From contig NIVC01001510.1 of NCBI GenBank assembly GCA_002269645.1, forward strand, positions 62,001-126,000: 64,000 bases of DNA, read 5' to 3'. Positions 1-11,684 of this stretch are shown piece after piece. The position numbers and the translations under genes are program-made. This DNA is from Macrostomum lignano (Eukaryota). Within the stretch, counting starts at the first letter, position 1, and every line of letters begins with the position of its first letter. Under the pieces are notes generated by a model. It was not told the origin of the DNA. It ran no database searches and saw only the letters and a list, made by a program, of their open reading frames with translations.

Positions 1-192
1 GATCTGAGACCTACTGGCTGACATGCTGACTGCAAAGCTGCTTGCTGTACAGGTGATCTTCTGCGTAGTTACCGGTGAGAGAAGACAATTGTCTAAACTT
101 TCTCACCTTAGGTTGACTGTTGCTCAAAAACATTCAAGAAACCATGTAGAAACGTTTAAAGCTCGAACACTCGCATAAAAGTAACTTTATGA

Positions 193-500
193 GGCCGTAG
201 CCTAGTTGTCTAGCACGGCACTCTGATGTGCCAGCGGCCCAGGCTCGATTCCAAGTGCAGTCACATTAATTTGGGGCTAAATTGGAATGTCGGCTTGGGT
301 CTGCTTGTGCAATGAACGCAATGGCACAGTGATGTGTACATGCTCAGTGCTTAGCCTAATTATAAATAAAGTTAGGGCCGCTGTGCACTCCTGTGTCAGT
401 GTGTGCCTGTGCGTATGACTGCGTACGTATCCGCGCGCTTGTGTGTCTGCTCAGGGGATTCGGCAGAATGGGGCAGTAATGCCTCTCGCCGGTTGTGTGA
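193..500 (+). mobile_element. Probable tRNA-derived SINE (degenerate); 3' extent uncertain
   Basis: A-box-like TAGCCTAGTTGTCTAG and B-box-like GGCTCGATTCC at 193-255 with no clean cloverleaf. The downstream part (400-500) resembles 46965-47040, which suggests an interspersed repeat. Confidence 0.4.
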
Positions 501-981
501 CAATGTCGCTTAAAGTGCGCCAGGGTGCACACAGCCTCCTGCCTCCAACTGAAAATACAATTGTAACCTTCAAAAGTTCAATGACTGCGAGATAGGCGAG
601 CTAAAAGCTTGTTAACACCGCCATCAAGTGAGCCATCAAACAAAGCCGCTGATGCAAACGACGGAGTTATATTTGCAGGCTGCGTGTGTGACATCGAGCA
701 AGTTGGCCTCAATTGATGGCGGTGCGCCCTACTGTGAACGAGTCTTAAGCTGGTCACGAATAAACTCAGCGAAATGTTAAAGTTTCCACTCAGAAACCAC
801 TGGTCAACTTTTCTCAGATCTCAGCCCCAAGTGACGCAATTCACACCGCACCCGCTGTTCTCGTCTCAACTGTTTTCGGGTGGAAACTTTGACACGTTGC
901 CGAGTTCTCAAAATTTACTGCACACGTACATGTATTGCACATATTGTATCAGCGAATTAATGTCAAAACTGTAACGCACAG

Positions 982-3001
982 TCAACGCAGACTTCCTGCG
1001 CCTGGAGGCTAATGTGAGCATTCCCGGCGCGATGCAGCTACTCCTGAGCTACAACAGCACCGTCAATATTGCTCCTGCGACCATCGACCAGCTGACTGAG
1101 GCGCTGCTTCCGGCTGACCAGGGCGGCAAAAGCCAAGCCGCAGGCTGGCTGAGCCTATCGCGTCTGCTCACGGTCGGCCCCTATAATGTGTCACAAGTAG
1201 GTACATATTCAGCCTCTGATTTTAGCTCGCAGCTTACTCATAATTCTTCTAATGATTATGTGTTCATCAGCTGAAATTAATTTAACGGATAGGTTATAAG
1301 TGACACGTTGGAAACGACAACTAGTACGACGACCACCACTACCACAACGACTCAGACGACGACCACCATCACCACCACGACTCCAACCACCACCACCACA
1401 ACGACTCCAACGACGACGACGACCACAACGACTCCAACGACAACCACCACCACCACAACTCCAACGACGACGACCACAACGACTCCAACGACAACCACCA
1501 CCACCACAACTCCAACGACGACGACCATCACCACGACTCCAACGACGACGACCACCACGACTCCTACGCCGACCATGACCACGACTCCAACGACCACCAG
1601 GACTCCAACGACAACCACCACAACCACGACTCCAACGACGACCACGACCACAACGACTCCAACGACAACCACCACCACGACTCCAACGACAACCACCACA
1701 ACCACGACTCCAACGACAACCACCACAACCACGACTCCAACGACAACCACCACCACGACTCCAACGACAACCACCACAACCACGACTCCAACGACAACCA
1801 CCACAACCACGACTCCAACGACAACCACCACCACCACGACTCCAACGACAACCACAACCACGGCTCCAACGACAACCACCACAACCACGACTCCAATGAC
1901 AACCACCACAACCACGACTCCAACGACGACCAACACAACCACGACTCCAACAACCACCACCACGACTCCAACGACAGCCACCACAACCACGACTCCAACG
2001 ACACCACCACAACCAAGACTCCAACGACAACCACAACCACGGCTCCAACGACAACCACCACAACCACGACTCCAATGACAACCACCACAACCACGACTCC
2101 AACGACGACCAACACAACCACGACTCCAACGACAACCACCACCACGACTCCAACGACAACCACCACAACCACGACTCCAACGACAACCACCACAACCACG
2201 ACTCCAACGACAACCACAACCACGGCTCCAACGACGACCAACACAATCACGACTCCAACGACGACCAACACAACCACGACTCCAACGACTATGACAACGA
2301 CTCGAACTACGACCACGACGACTCCAACGACGACCACCAGGACTCCAACGACGACCACCACGGCTCCAACGACGACCACCACGACTCCAACGACGACCAC
2401 CACGACTCCAACGACGACCACCACGACTCCAACGACTACGACTCCAAAGACTACGACTCAACCGACTACCACAACGACCTCAACTCTAACTACTACTATT
2501 ACAACTCCAGCGACTACGACTCAAACGACTACAACTGAAACGACTACGACTCCAGCGACTACCACAACGACTGCGGCTCCAGCGACTACCACTACTACAA
2601 CCAAAGCAACCGCGTCTACTAGGGCTTCAACAGAAGTGACAATAAAAACAACATTCGCAACGACCTTATTGAGTACCACTCAAACCCCTGAGTCTACTCG
2701 CAGCACTAAGCATACAGTATCCTTAGGCACAAGCATGAGCAGCCTGCAGATTGGCCTGGTGGCCGCATGCTCCGCTCTATTAGCCATATTTTTACTCTCA
2801 TTCACCCTGACGGTGCACCTGGCGGCCAGATGGTCGGTCGGCTGCCTGAAGCCCGATCCGGCCGCTGATGACGATGGACCGCGGACCGCGCCGACTCACC
2901 AAGAAGTCGGCGCAGACAACGGAGGACTCCAGCTGCGCCAATGGGCGATGGAAATCGGCGTGGAAATTGTCGACGATGACGGCATTCTGCTGAACGGGTA
3001 G
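982..3001 (+). CDS. Mucin-like type I membrane protein (Thr/Pro repeat, one TM helix, short cytoplasmic tail); 5' end unresolved
   Basis: Exon ~982-1196 (VNADFLRLEANVSIPG...NVSQ), then a phase-0 intron 1197-1292 (caa|GTAGGT...gatAG|gtt), then exon 1293-3001. That exon carries ~27-nt repeats encoding TTPTTTTTT, a hydrophobic segment LQIGLVAACSALLAIFLLSFTLTVHLAA and stop TAG at 2999-3001. A 1-nt deletion near 2003 shifts the frame between ORFs 1308-2078 and 2075-3001. Confidence 0.8.
1320..2600 (+). repeat. Coding tandem repeat, ~24-27 nt unit (acgactccaacgacaaccaccacaacc)
   Basis: Directly visible; encodes the PTS/mucin domain. Confidence 0.95.
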
Positions 3002-3989
3002 TGTTGGCGTGGAGAGGGCGATGCATGAGACTGGATTGCTGAATTCACAATCTCTAGGAATGATACACAACACGCCAGTTAAAACCTCTTTTTGCATGTT
3101 AAATTGACAGTTTATGTTGCTCCAAACTATCCTGACATCTCTGCCAAAATCTTAACGTCTTTGACACATCTTTTTTGAGCTGCGTATTGAGTATCGCATG
3201 CCGTGGAATGTGGTGGTCCTTGGCAATATAGTGGAATTAATGCAAGTTAAGCAAGAAGGCGAAGTTTAATTTAACTTTCTTTTGTCAATGCAGATTGCAT
3301 TTTATGCATAACAACATACTTTGTGAAAGTGGAACATGAAAATTGTGACAATATTATAGTGCTCAGGATGCGTGCTCAGGCACACCAAGTGAGTACAGCT
3401 CTGACTTTCTCAAATTGTCAGGCATGCATTGTTACTCATACACACCCAGCGCATGGACTTTCAACAAAGCCGTAATTGACTTCATCTATTTACCTTCTCA
3501 GAGTTACAATAATAATATTAATAAACAAAGCCTGTGCGTGATGCAGTACGTGTTTTGTGTATTGTATTGAAGCACGAAGGCTCTTAGAAACACTGAACAA
3601 GCGCGCGGCGATCTGATGGGTGGCTTAGCAAGCCAGAGAAACAATAGGCAAGACTATGGGTTGGGGCTCCCTCATCTGTGGCAAATGAAAGCAAAGCTGC
3701 TGGCACAGTGCACGGGAAAGGAATGAAAGAAACTGAAAGACAGTCAACAGTGTTGGAGTCTCCTTCCCAACACACGCAACGGCCTCCTAGAGCAGCAAGT
3801 TTCTCCTAGAAAAGCAGAAAGCCAACCCAAAGTAGGCAAGCGTAGCTATTGATTTTTCTTCCTCCCCCCTCCACAACGGGGCAGCCTCAGCTTCCGTACC
3901 GGTGAGCCAAGCTATTTAAGTTTAGCACTGAAGACTGCAGAAAAGCGGATTGGCATGCCTGTGTAAAAAACACGAGCGTAGCTGTCAAG

Positions 3990-4862
3990 ATGCTGAAGCA
4001 GCAGCAGCAGCAGCAGCAGCAGGCGGCACAGCAGCAGGTGTTGGACAAGAATCCGCGCCAGTACCAGGTGGCCGCGGAGCGACGCAACCGCTTTGAAGAG
4101 GAAGCCCTTCAGCGTCGGCTCGACTTCCTGCAATGGCGCGAGACCAACCTGCTGGCCAAGCATACTACGCGCTACAACGACCTCCGCCGCAGCCTGGCTC
4201 TCTTCAAGGTGACCTCAGGCAGCAGCGGCCACTCCGAGCCGTGCCCGGGCCAGCCGGCAGGGTATCCACGCCTGCAGCTCGGTCTGGCCTACCACGAGAG
4301 AGCGGCCGTGGCAGCAGCCGCCGCAGGAGCTCCCGGCGGCCGCTATAAGACTCCGAATCTGGTGCGCGAAGGTCGCGAAGCCATCAAGTGGGATCTGCAG
4401 CGACTCCGACCGGTTGAGGCCGTCAGTCCGGCGGACAAGGAGCTGTTCTCGCTGGACAATATGACCCGCTGGCGCGGCCGCGAGGAGGGCTGGGGCCGCC
4501 AGCTGAAGTACGTCCGCCTGCCGGTGCTGGAATCGCTGCCCAACGGGTTTCACCAAAGCGTTCGCCGCGCCGAGTTCACCGTGGCCAAGGCACGCGGCTG
4601 TTCGGGCCGGCTGGCGCACCATCTGGAGTCGCTGCCGGAGCTGCAGCGCCAGCGGGACATCCGGAGAGCCAGGCGGCGCAACCCGGAGCGCAAGTTTATC
4701 GAGGAGTCGGCCGTGGCCGCTCCGGTGCGAAATCGGAAAGCGCCCGCCAAAGGTGGCAGCGACGATATCGTTGAGGAGGATGAAGAGGAAGAAGATGAAG
4801 ATGAAGAAGTCAGCGAAGAGGAATCTGCTGGAAGGCAGCGTCGAGGCAATAAAACGCATTGA
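3990..4862 (+). CDS. Intronless 290-aa protein of unknown function (N-terminal polyQ, short coiled coil, acidic C-terminus)
   Basis: ATG-to-TGA ORF with GC3-rich codons like the other exons in the window, flanked by AT-rich DNA. No family recognised. Confidence 0.75.
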   Translation: MLKQQQQQQQQAAQQQVLDKNPRQYQVAAERRNRFEEEALQRRLDFLQWRETNLLAKHTTRYNDLRRSLALFKVTSGSSGHSEPCPGQPAGYPRLQLGLAYHERAAVAAAAAGAPGGRYKTPNLVREGREAIKWDLQRLRPVEAVSPADKELFSLDNMTRWRGREEGWGRQLKYVRLPVLESLPNGFHQSVRRAEFTVAKARGCSGRLAHHLESLPELQRQRDIRRARRRNPERKFIEESAVAAPVRNRKAPAKGGSDDIVEEDEEEEDEDEEVSEEESAGRQRRGNKTH

Positions 4863-5794
4863 GAATCAAACACTTTTTGCCTGACTTGTATCAAAAGTGG
4901 ATGTGTTTAGCAAACATAAATGTAATCGTACATGTACTATGAGTTGAGTAGCAGCTGGAGATTTATTAAATATACAGTCCATTTACAGTATAGCTTGTGT
5001 CATCGAGCTGGAGCCCGGTAAAAAACGGAGTATTTGTCGCATCGCTTAGTGCTTTAATAACGTAGTATAGTATAGACGCCGTTGCAGAAATGTTTCGATG
5101 GGGCGCACCCATACAGAACTTGCTTAAAAAGATGACACCGACAATTGAACCAAATCTTATGTCTTGGATCCACAGTACTGACGGAGGCGCGCACCCTTTC
5201 CGTCCCTTCTAAATCCGCCCCTGACGTTGACGTAGTGTGTGCATCTTTCGAGAGAATCATATTTTGATTGCGGAGAATATATGCAAATTTTATATGGTGA
5301 TTTTCATTTCTGACTCAAATTTATTTTGTGCATTTTAGCCAAAAACAAAATTAGCTTAATCCAAAATTAGTGCAATCAATTGCGTAAAAGGATGGTGTAA
5401 CAGTTCTTTTAGCTCTGCCTATCTAAATCTACTAATGCCACTAAGTTGTTACAGACCTTTTGGTTCCTAGTTACTTTTCCACCGGTATTCACTAAATTGT
5501 CTATTTTAAATAGCATTGTTTGCCCCTAAACTGTTATTCTTCTTGGAAATGTTCTGATTCACGTGGTTTCTTAGAAAAACTTGTGATAGCGCGTTAGTGC
5601 CCGAGCGGTAAGACACTATCTAATTCCCTAATTTAGTCCGAAAGTCTAACGTTTTCCGAGGATCAAGGGTGTCCAACGGTAGCTACTTTATTCCCCTAAT
5701 GCCTAATTTCTTGCGCCTAATGTCTATTGTTAGCCCGCACGGCTTTCTTAGGGTCTGTACGACCTCCAAATTCTCTATTCCAATTCCAGATCTC

Positions 5795-5980
5795 TACGAC
5801 CTCAAGTCTCCCTATTCAGAGTCCTAGTTGGGTCTCCACGACCTCTGGTTTCCCTATCTAGAATCCTAGATTCGGGTCTCCACGACCTCTAATTTCCCTA
5901 TCTAGAATCCTAGTTTTGGGTCCCCACGACCTCTAATTTCCCTATCTAGAATCCTAGTTTTGGGTCTCCACGACCTCTAG
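5795..5980. repeat. ~44-nt tandem repeat (gggtctccacgacctctaatttccctatctagaatcctagtttt), ~4 copies
   Basis: Directly visible. Confidence 0.85.
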
Positions 5981-6486
5981 TTATTCATGAACGCAAAGAA
6001 ATAACGAGAGAAGTCTTAGCCAAACTTCAAGTCTCTTTACTAAGAGCTCCTCAGCTAGGTAAGAATTTTGTTAGGAGCCAGAAGTTATTATTTTTCGAGT
6101 CAAACAGCTTCCTTTTATACAGAAATTTATGAGGGAGGGAGGCAGCATTTATAAAACAATTAATAGAGTTATAACAAAAAAATTGAATTATTGTGGGATT
6201 TAAACAAATGGGGAGAAACTACCTGATTGGTTGCAATAAAATGTTCGGGTTTAGCTACTGTTAGTAATATAGATAGTTCATACAACCCTGCCTCAATGGG
6301 TAAAAATGGTTTTAAATCCAGCTATTAAATCTATATACTAAATCTCTAGGGTTTGTATGCTTGAATGAATATGCTTGCTTGTCCATAACGCTCTAGATAT
6401 TGCAATTATATACCATATATGATCAGCGTTCAAGTTTGAATCTCTTCTCTGTCCGGCCGTCACGTTATCTCGTAATCAAAGCAATA

Positions 6487-7925
6487 CCTCGTAATTCGTA
6501 CTCGTTTGTATTAATCGTCTTTAGTTGTTAGTCGTCACTTTTCGTCCAAAAATATCGTAAAAAATTCTGGCGCGCTTTCAAATACTTTATCTTTTACAAT
6601 AAAAAAGAAACTGGAAAGTATAGACCTAAAAGCACTAACTGAAGATAAACTTTCCCAAAGCTTTAAAAACGAGAAATACCTAGTGAAAAAGCACCTCAAG
6701 ATACGACACAGAGAAAAGAACTTAGCCAAAAACTAGAGAATCAGCAGCATATTAAACTCTACAAAAACGCGCCTACCTCTACAAAAAAATCTGCAGGCCC
6801 GACCTTTCAGATTACTTTCCATACACATTTAGAAACAAAAAATTCTTAACAACCCTCCTAAAACTGAAATGCGAGATTACACCCAACTTTTTTTCTCAAG
6901 AACCATGTAAAATGTGTGTAGCGCGAAATGGTTCTGACATCCTACACTACTTGACCGAATGCCCACAAACTGAAGAGATCAGGAAAAAATACTTCTGTCA
7001 ATACCTCTTAAATGGCAATCAAAAACACAAGATAGGATATGCTACAAATGAAAAAAGAGTCAGAAAAGAACTCACTGGTTGTAGCTAAAATATATGAAGT
7101 CATGAATAGCTAGAACAGTTAAACAAACTGAATCAGATACATTAGCAGTGTAACAAATCCGCTTTTCAGTTATTTATTAATTTACTGTATTTTTCAATTC
7201 CCTATTTAAATCGTCGTTATTCGTTAGACGTAAAGTTCGTGCGAAGTATGTTTATGTTCGTTTTTCACGCTTTGAAATATCACGCGCTTTCAAAAATCTA
7301 CATCTTTTTACAAAAATCGCCTATTATTGTAGAGCTATCCTTAATTATACTCGATATTTGTTATATTTGTTAATATCTAACTACCTTTTCTGAATCGAAT
7401 TCTAGAAGAATCGTTTTGCTTAAAGTCATATATATACATGTACGACATTGATTTTTTATTTTTCCCTGCTTAGAATCTTGTTATTCTGGCGTTAGTCGTT
7501 AATCGGCTGAAAAACCGTTTCAAAAAAAACTCTAGACGCTCTTTCAAAGACCTTTACTTTTACAAATATCGTAACTCGCATCGTAACTCGTGTAAAAATT
7601 TAACCTTTTGAACAAATACATCGGATCATACTGGCAAAACAGGCTCCTTAAGCCTGAGCCAAATTTACTACTACTACTGCTAATGTCAAGTTTTTTGTCA
7701 ACGGCATAAAATAGTTATTTTTTTTCTTTTCTTTTGGATTTTTCGTTCGAACTACATTCGCAACTTATCGTAATCAAAGTAATCTCGCAATTAAAGCTAT
7801 ACCTCGTAATTCGTACTCATTTTTGTATTAATATTTATACTCGTTGTCAGTTGTTAGTCGTCACTTTTCGTCCAAAAACACCGTAAAAATTCTGGCGCGC
7901 TTTCAAATACTTTATCTTTTACAAT
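6487..7925. repeat. Dispersed ~120-bp direct repeat (6487-6600 and 7802-7925) plus shorter degenerate copies near 7284 and 7537
   Basis: ctcgtaattcgtactc...gttagtcgtcacttttcgtccaaaaa...aaattctggcgcgctttcaaatactttatcttttacaat occurs twice, and the core gcgctttcaaa..cttttacaa recurs. Confidence 0.8.
6756..7088 (+). mobile_element. 3' fragment of a non-LTR retrotransposon (LINE) ORF2 with the C-terminal CCHC zinc knuckle
   Basis: Manual translation gives an open frame: ...YKKICRPDLSDYFPYTFRNKKFLTTLLKLKCEITPNFFSQEPCKMCVARNGSDILHYLTECPQTEEIRKKYF... The CxxC-x9-H-x4-C motif after an L-x-x-L-K-C segment is typical of LINE ORF2 C-termini. Stops upstream indicate a truncated copy. Confidence 0.7.
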
Positions 7926-10459
7926 TCGTCAAATCGTCGTCAAATCGTCTTTATAAACTTCTATTTCGAAAATTTTTCCAAATACATAGCTCTATAATAT
8001 ATTGGCCAAACAGGCTAATTGCTTGAGCTAAATTCTTACTACTACCACTACTGTCACGTGCGCGGGCGCCTCAGCTTGCATAACAAACAAGAGGCTTCAT
8101 ATCAATACGTTGCCTCTTGTTTTTACAACTATTTTCGTAGTTAAATATTAAAAATATTAGAAATCGATTTTTACTGTTTTTTGTTGCTTTGAAAAATTAA
8201 TTTGACCACATGGGCATGGCCCATAAGCATTGTCCGAGCCTATAAACCGATTTTCAGTTTCAGTTTAAAATAAAATTAGAGGTAGGCCTAGACAGAGTGA
8301 TTCAAATGCTTAGGCTAGGCTTAGTTCTAGGACTAATAAGCGTCGGTTCAGCGGCTGCATTAGTGATAATAATTTAGAAACTTTAACTTAAGCTTAAAAC
8401 TATCCATTTTCTATTTGCTAATTACATGCACTGCATTACAATGTTATTTTTTATAAGCCTACTATTTTTAGGTGTAGGCCTAGCCTAAGTCTATAGGGGG
8501 CCAGAAGGCTATAGTATAGGGCGAAATCCAAAAACGTGGGATAAAGTGGTAAAACAAATCTGCGGACTTTGAATAGAAGGTAATGTATCCGAAAAAGCAT
8601 TTTAAAGGACAGGTAAGTCTTTAAAAAAAGTTCAGGACACAAACTTTCATTTTTATACCATTTTCATTTTCATTTTTATATAAGGTTTATTTGTGCTTTT
8701 ATTATACTTTCTTGATTCTTTGGTAGATTTTCAATAATTCTTAGCCATTTACTTGTTTTTTACTTGCAAAAAATGAAATCTGAAGAAATATGTCCCACAT
8801 TTTTGGATTTCGCCATAGACCTAGTATAGTATAGTATAGTATAAATGACTCTAAAGGCTTATAGATAGTTAAGCCTATGGTAAATTTCTAAAACCTTCCA
8901 AGTAAAAATGACTTGCCCATTGGTTCTTTATTCATTCTATTCTTTATAAAATTTGAACCTATAACAGTATAAGCTATGGCTAGGGCCTATGAAGTTACAA
9001 GTCTCATGCTTTCATATTTTCAGACTAAAAGAAAGACATGTCTAGCCTAAGACTAAAAGGAAAACATGTCTATTTATATACTAAGCAATAGGTTAGGCCT
9101 ATACCTATGCGCCTATGCCTTAGGATATCATTTTGGCAGATTATAGGGCCTAATATAGGCCCTAGCATGAGCCTAATCATTTTGCTAGGCTCTAACACTT
9201 GTTTTGAATTTGATAATAAGTAAAATTTATTTTAGTAACAAGAAAAGACCCTTTTGTAAAAGCTATTTTAGGCCCTAGTTCAAATAAAAAATTAAATTGT
9301 CAATTTTAAATGATACCAATTTCAAAGAAAAGGTTTGCTTTGCTAAAATGGTCAAGTATATATATTATTTTATAGTATAGCAGTTTGCAATCTTTTTGTA
9401 GGGGCCTATCTAAATCTTATCTATATATTAAAAATTCTTTATGCTTTTCTTTTTTTGCCTTTCATGATAAAGATCTTTGACTTTTGACAATGTCTAAGTT
9501 TCCCATATTAAATTATTTTGGCACCAAATTTAAAAAAAACAAACCAAAACAAGTTTACTAAAGTATGCATTAGTAAAATTATAGCTTTTAGACTTTGATA
9601 AAATTATGTTTAAAGTTTAAGTTTATTAATGAAGTTTACTATAAGGTAAACTAAACTAAAGTTTATAACTTTGTTAAGTTTGTAAACTAAAGTTTACAAA
9701 TGGTACCAGTGATAGACTTTTTAAGTCCCATCTGAACAAGTTCTTTTGCTGCCAATGCCGACTATCCCAAGAAAAGTGCTTCTTTTTTGCAATGTCAAAA
9801 TAATTTAACTTAAGAAACTAGGACATTGCCCAATTTTTAGATTTGTATATTCTAGAATAAATTCAAAATGATCTGCATATTATTTTTTGTTGGCACTAAG
9901 ATTAAAAAATGCATCTAATGTCTAAGTTCTAGATAAAAACCTTAGCTTAGGTTTCTTTTTGCTGGCACTAGGATATATTTATTTAAGGTATACATGTACA
10001 ATTCTTAGCCAAGTTAGCCTAATTGCCTAGCTATCAAAGGGGCTAGCCAAGGTGAGTTGCAAAAATACCTACCAAAAATCTAGATAGTACTAGTTAGATG
10101 ACAAGGCATTTAGCCTTAAAAATACAGTAAAAAGTCATAGTTATTTTTGCTATTTGAACTTTGATTAAGCAGTTAAGCTATTGGTAGTTGAAATCAATAG
10201 TTGTTATTGGGCTATTAGAATTGACAACTAGATATCCTCTAAGTCAAAGCTATCCTATGATTTGAAACAGCTCATTTCAATGAAAAGATGATAAGTTATA
10301 CCAATATTGACATTTGTCACATTGATGTGCAAACTGACATGCAGTCATAGTATATGTGCATATAAGGTAGTCTGATGATACTATATTTATATAAATTGTA
10401 GATAGTAATAGCAACATCTCTACCTATAAAAATCAAAACTTCTCTACATATAAAAATCA

Positions 10460-11050
10460 AAACTCTGTGTGTGTGTCTGTGTGTGTGTCTGTGTGTGGAC
10501 AATTTTGATCGCTATGGACTCCCAAACTGCTCAACCAAATTACACCAAACTTTACACCCACCCTAAACTTACTACGGAGAATGTCTTAGGCTACCTTTTA
10601 ATTTCCTAGACTCAAGTCTTCCTACCTAAAAGTACAAAAAACTGCTCAAAATGCGCGATTTTTTCACTAAATCCTCCATAGCGCCGCTCCACTTCTACCG
10701 ATTCTCTTCAAATTTGACACAGACAATTTTCAACTATTTTGACACAATCGTGTAAAATTTCAAATCTCAAAGTTAATTCTGAGCGGTGCTGTGCACTTTT
10801 AAAGTTAGGCTGTTTTTTTCAGCGTAGCAACCACCCCAACCTCCGCCCGCCTGCCTCTCTTTCCCGATCTGGACCCAGATGTGTAAAAGGGTTTCAAAAT
10901 TGACTAACTTTCAGCTGCCATAAGTTTGCTCCACGTAAAGCGATTGACTTCAAACTTGACACAATTCTTCATTGACTCATTCTCTGTCTAAATGTAAAGT
11001 TTCAACTCTGTAACTCAACCGAAAAAGAAACTGTAAGCATGTGAAGTTTG
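10460..11050. mobile_element. Possible non-autonomous Helitron/Helentron-like (DINE-1/HINE-type) element
   Basis: A (TG)/(TGTC) microsatellite is followed by repeated ccgatt..caaatttgacaca / caaacttgacaca / caaactttacac motifs, an arrangement recalled from HINE/DINE-1-type elements. No transposase. Inference only. Confidence 0.35.
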
Positions 11051-11684
11051 TCTGCTTTTTCTGTTGTTTGTGGCGCTCAACTCACTCATTCCCCCAATCC
11101 CCCAGTCCAGACGAAGGGTCAGGCGATAGGGCTCAATGTACATAGCGAATGTACAGTGTTTTGGAATAACTTTTTAATAGCCTTCTCTGTACCCCCGCAA
11201 GTGGAGAGGCGTAGAGAGGAGAGAGTTTAGCGAGAGATTCAATTTCAAACCACTGTCCTCTGAATAGACAAGTCTGCAGCAGTTAAACAAGGATGGCAAA
11301 TCAAGGGGTTTGTAAAAAATATCGAAAAATTAATGAATAACTGATTACAATGCAATCCTACTAAATTAGTTACACTTGCACCATGAAAATTTTAACATTA
11401 AGATTCGCATAAGGTACTTTAAAATTTAAATGGCCTCCTAAGAAATGCGTATTTCCATGGTTGTTTGTTAGACTGCTGCAGACTGGTGGTGGAGCTGGAG
11501 ATATACAAATTTCTCTCAGGGCTGCTAATTGGCCAGAAAGATGACGTGATTAAAGCATGAGAAATGATAACAACCACGATAGTACTACGTCCTACAAACT
11601 GGCTTTCGAAGCAGGGATCGGCAGATTTTTATCTCAAAGGCCAGATAAAGAATCCAGCTCATGGCTACGGGCCAGATGAGAGTG

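Noticed and set aside
676-930. Upstream exons of the mucin-like gene
   Set aside because: Acceptor-like sites exist at ~678 and ~817, but I could not find a phase-compatible chain to the 982 exon.
1209-2461. Minus-strand V/W/R-rich ORFs (345, 369, 286 aa)
   Set aside because: Antisense shadows of the Thr-rich mucin repeat.
5090-5225. aaatccgcccctg, resembling the end of a TIR element
   Set aside because: I found no matching opposite TIR or TSD.
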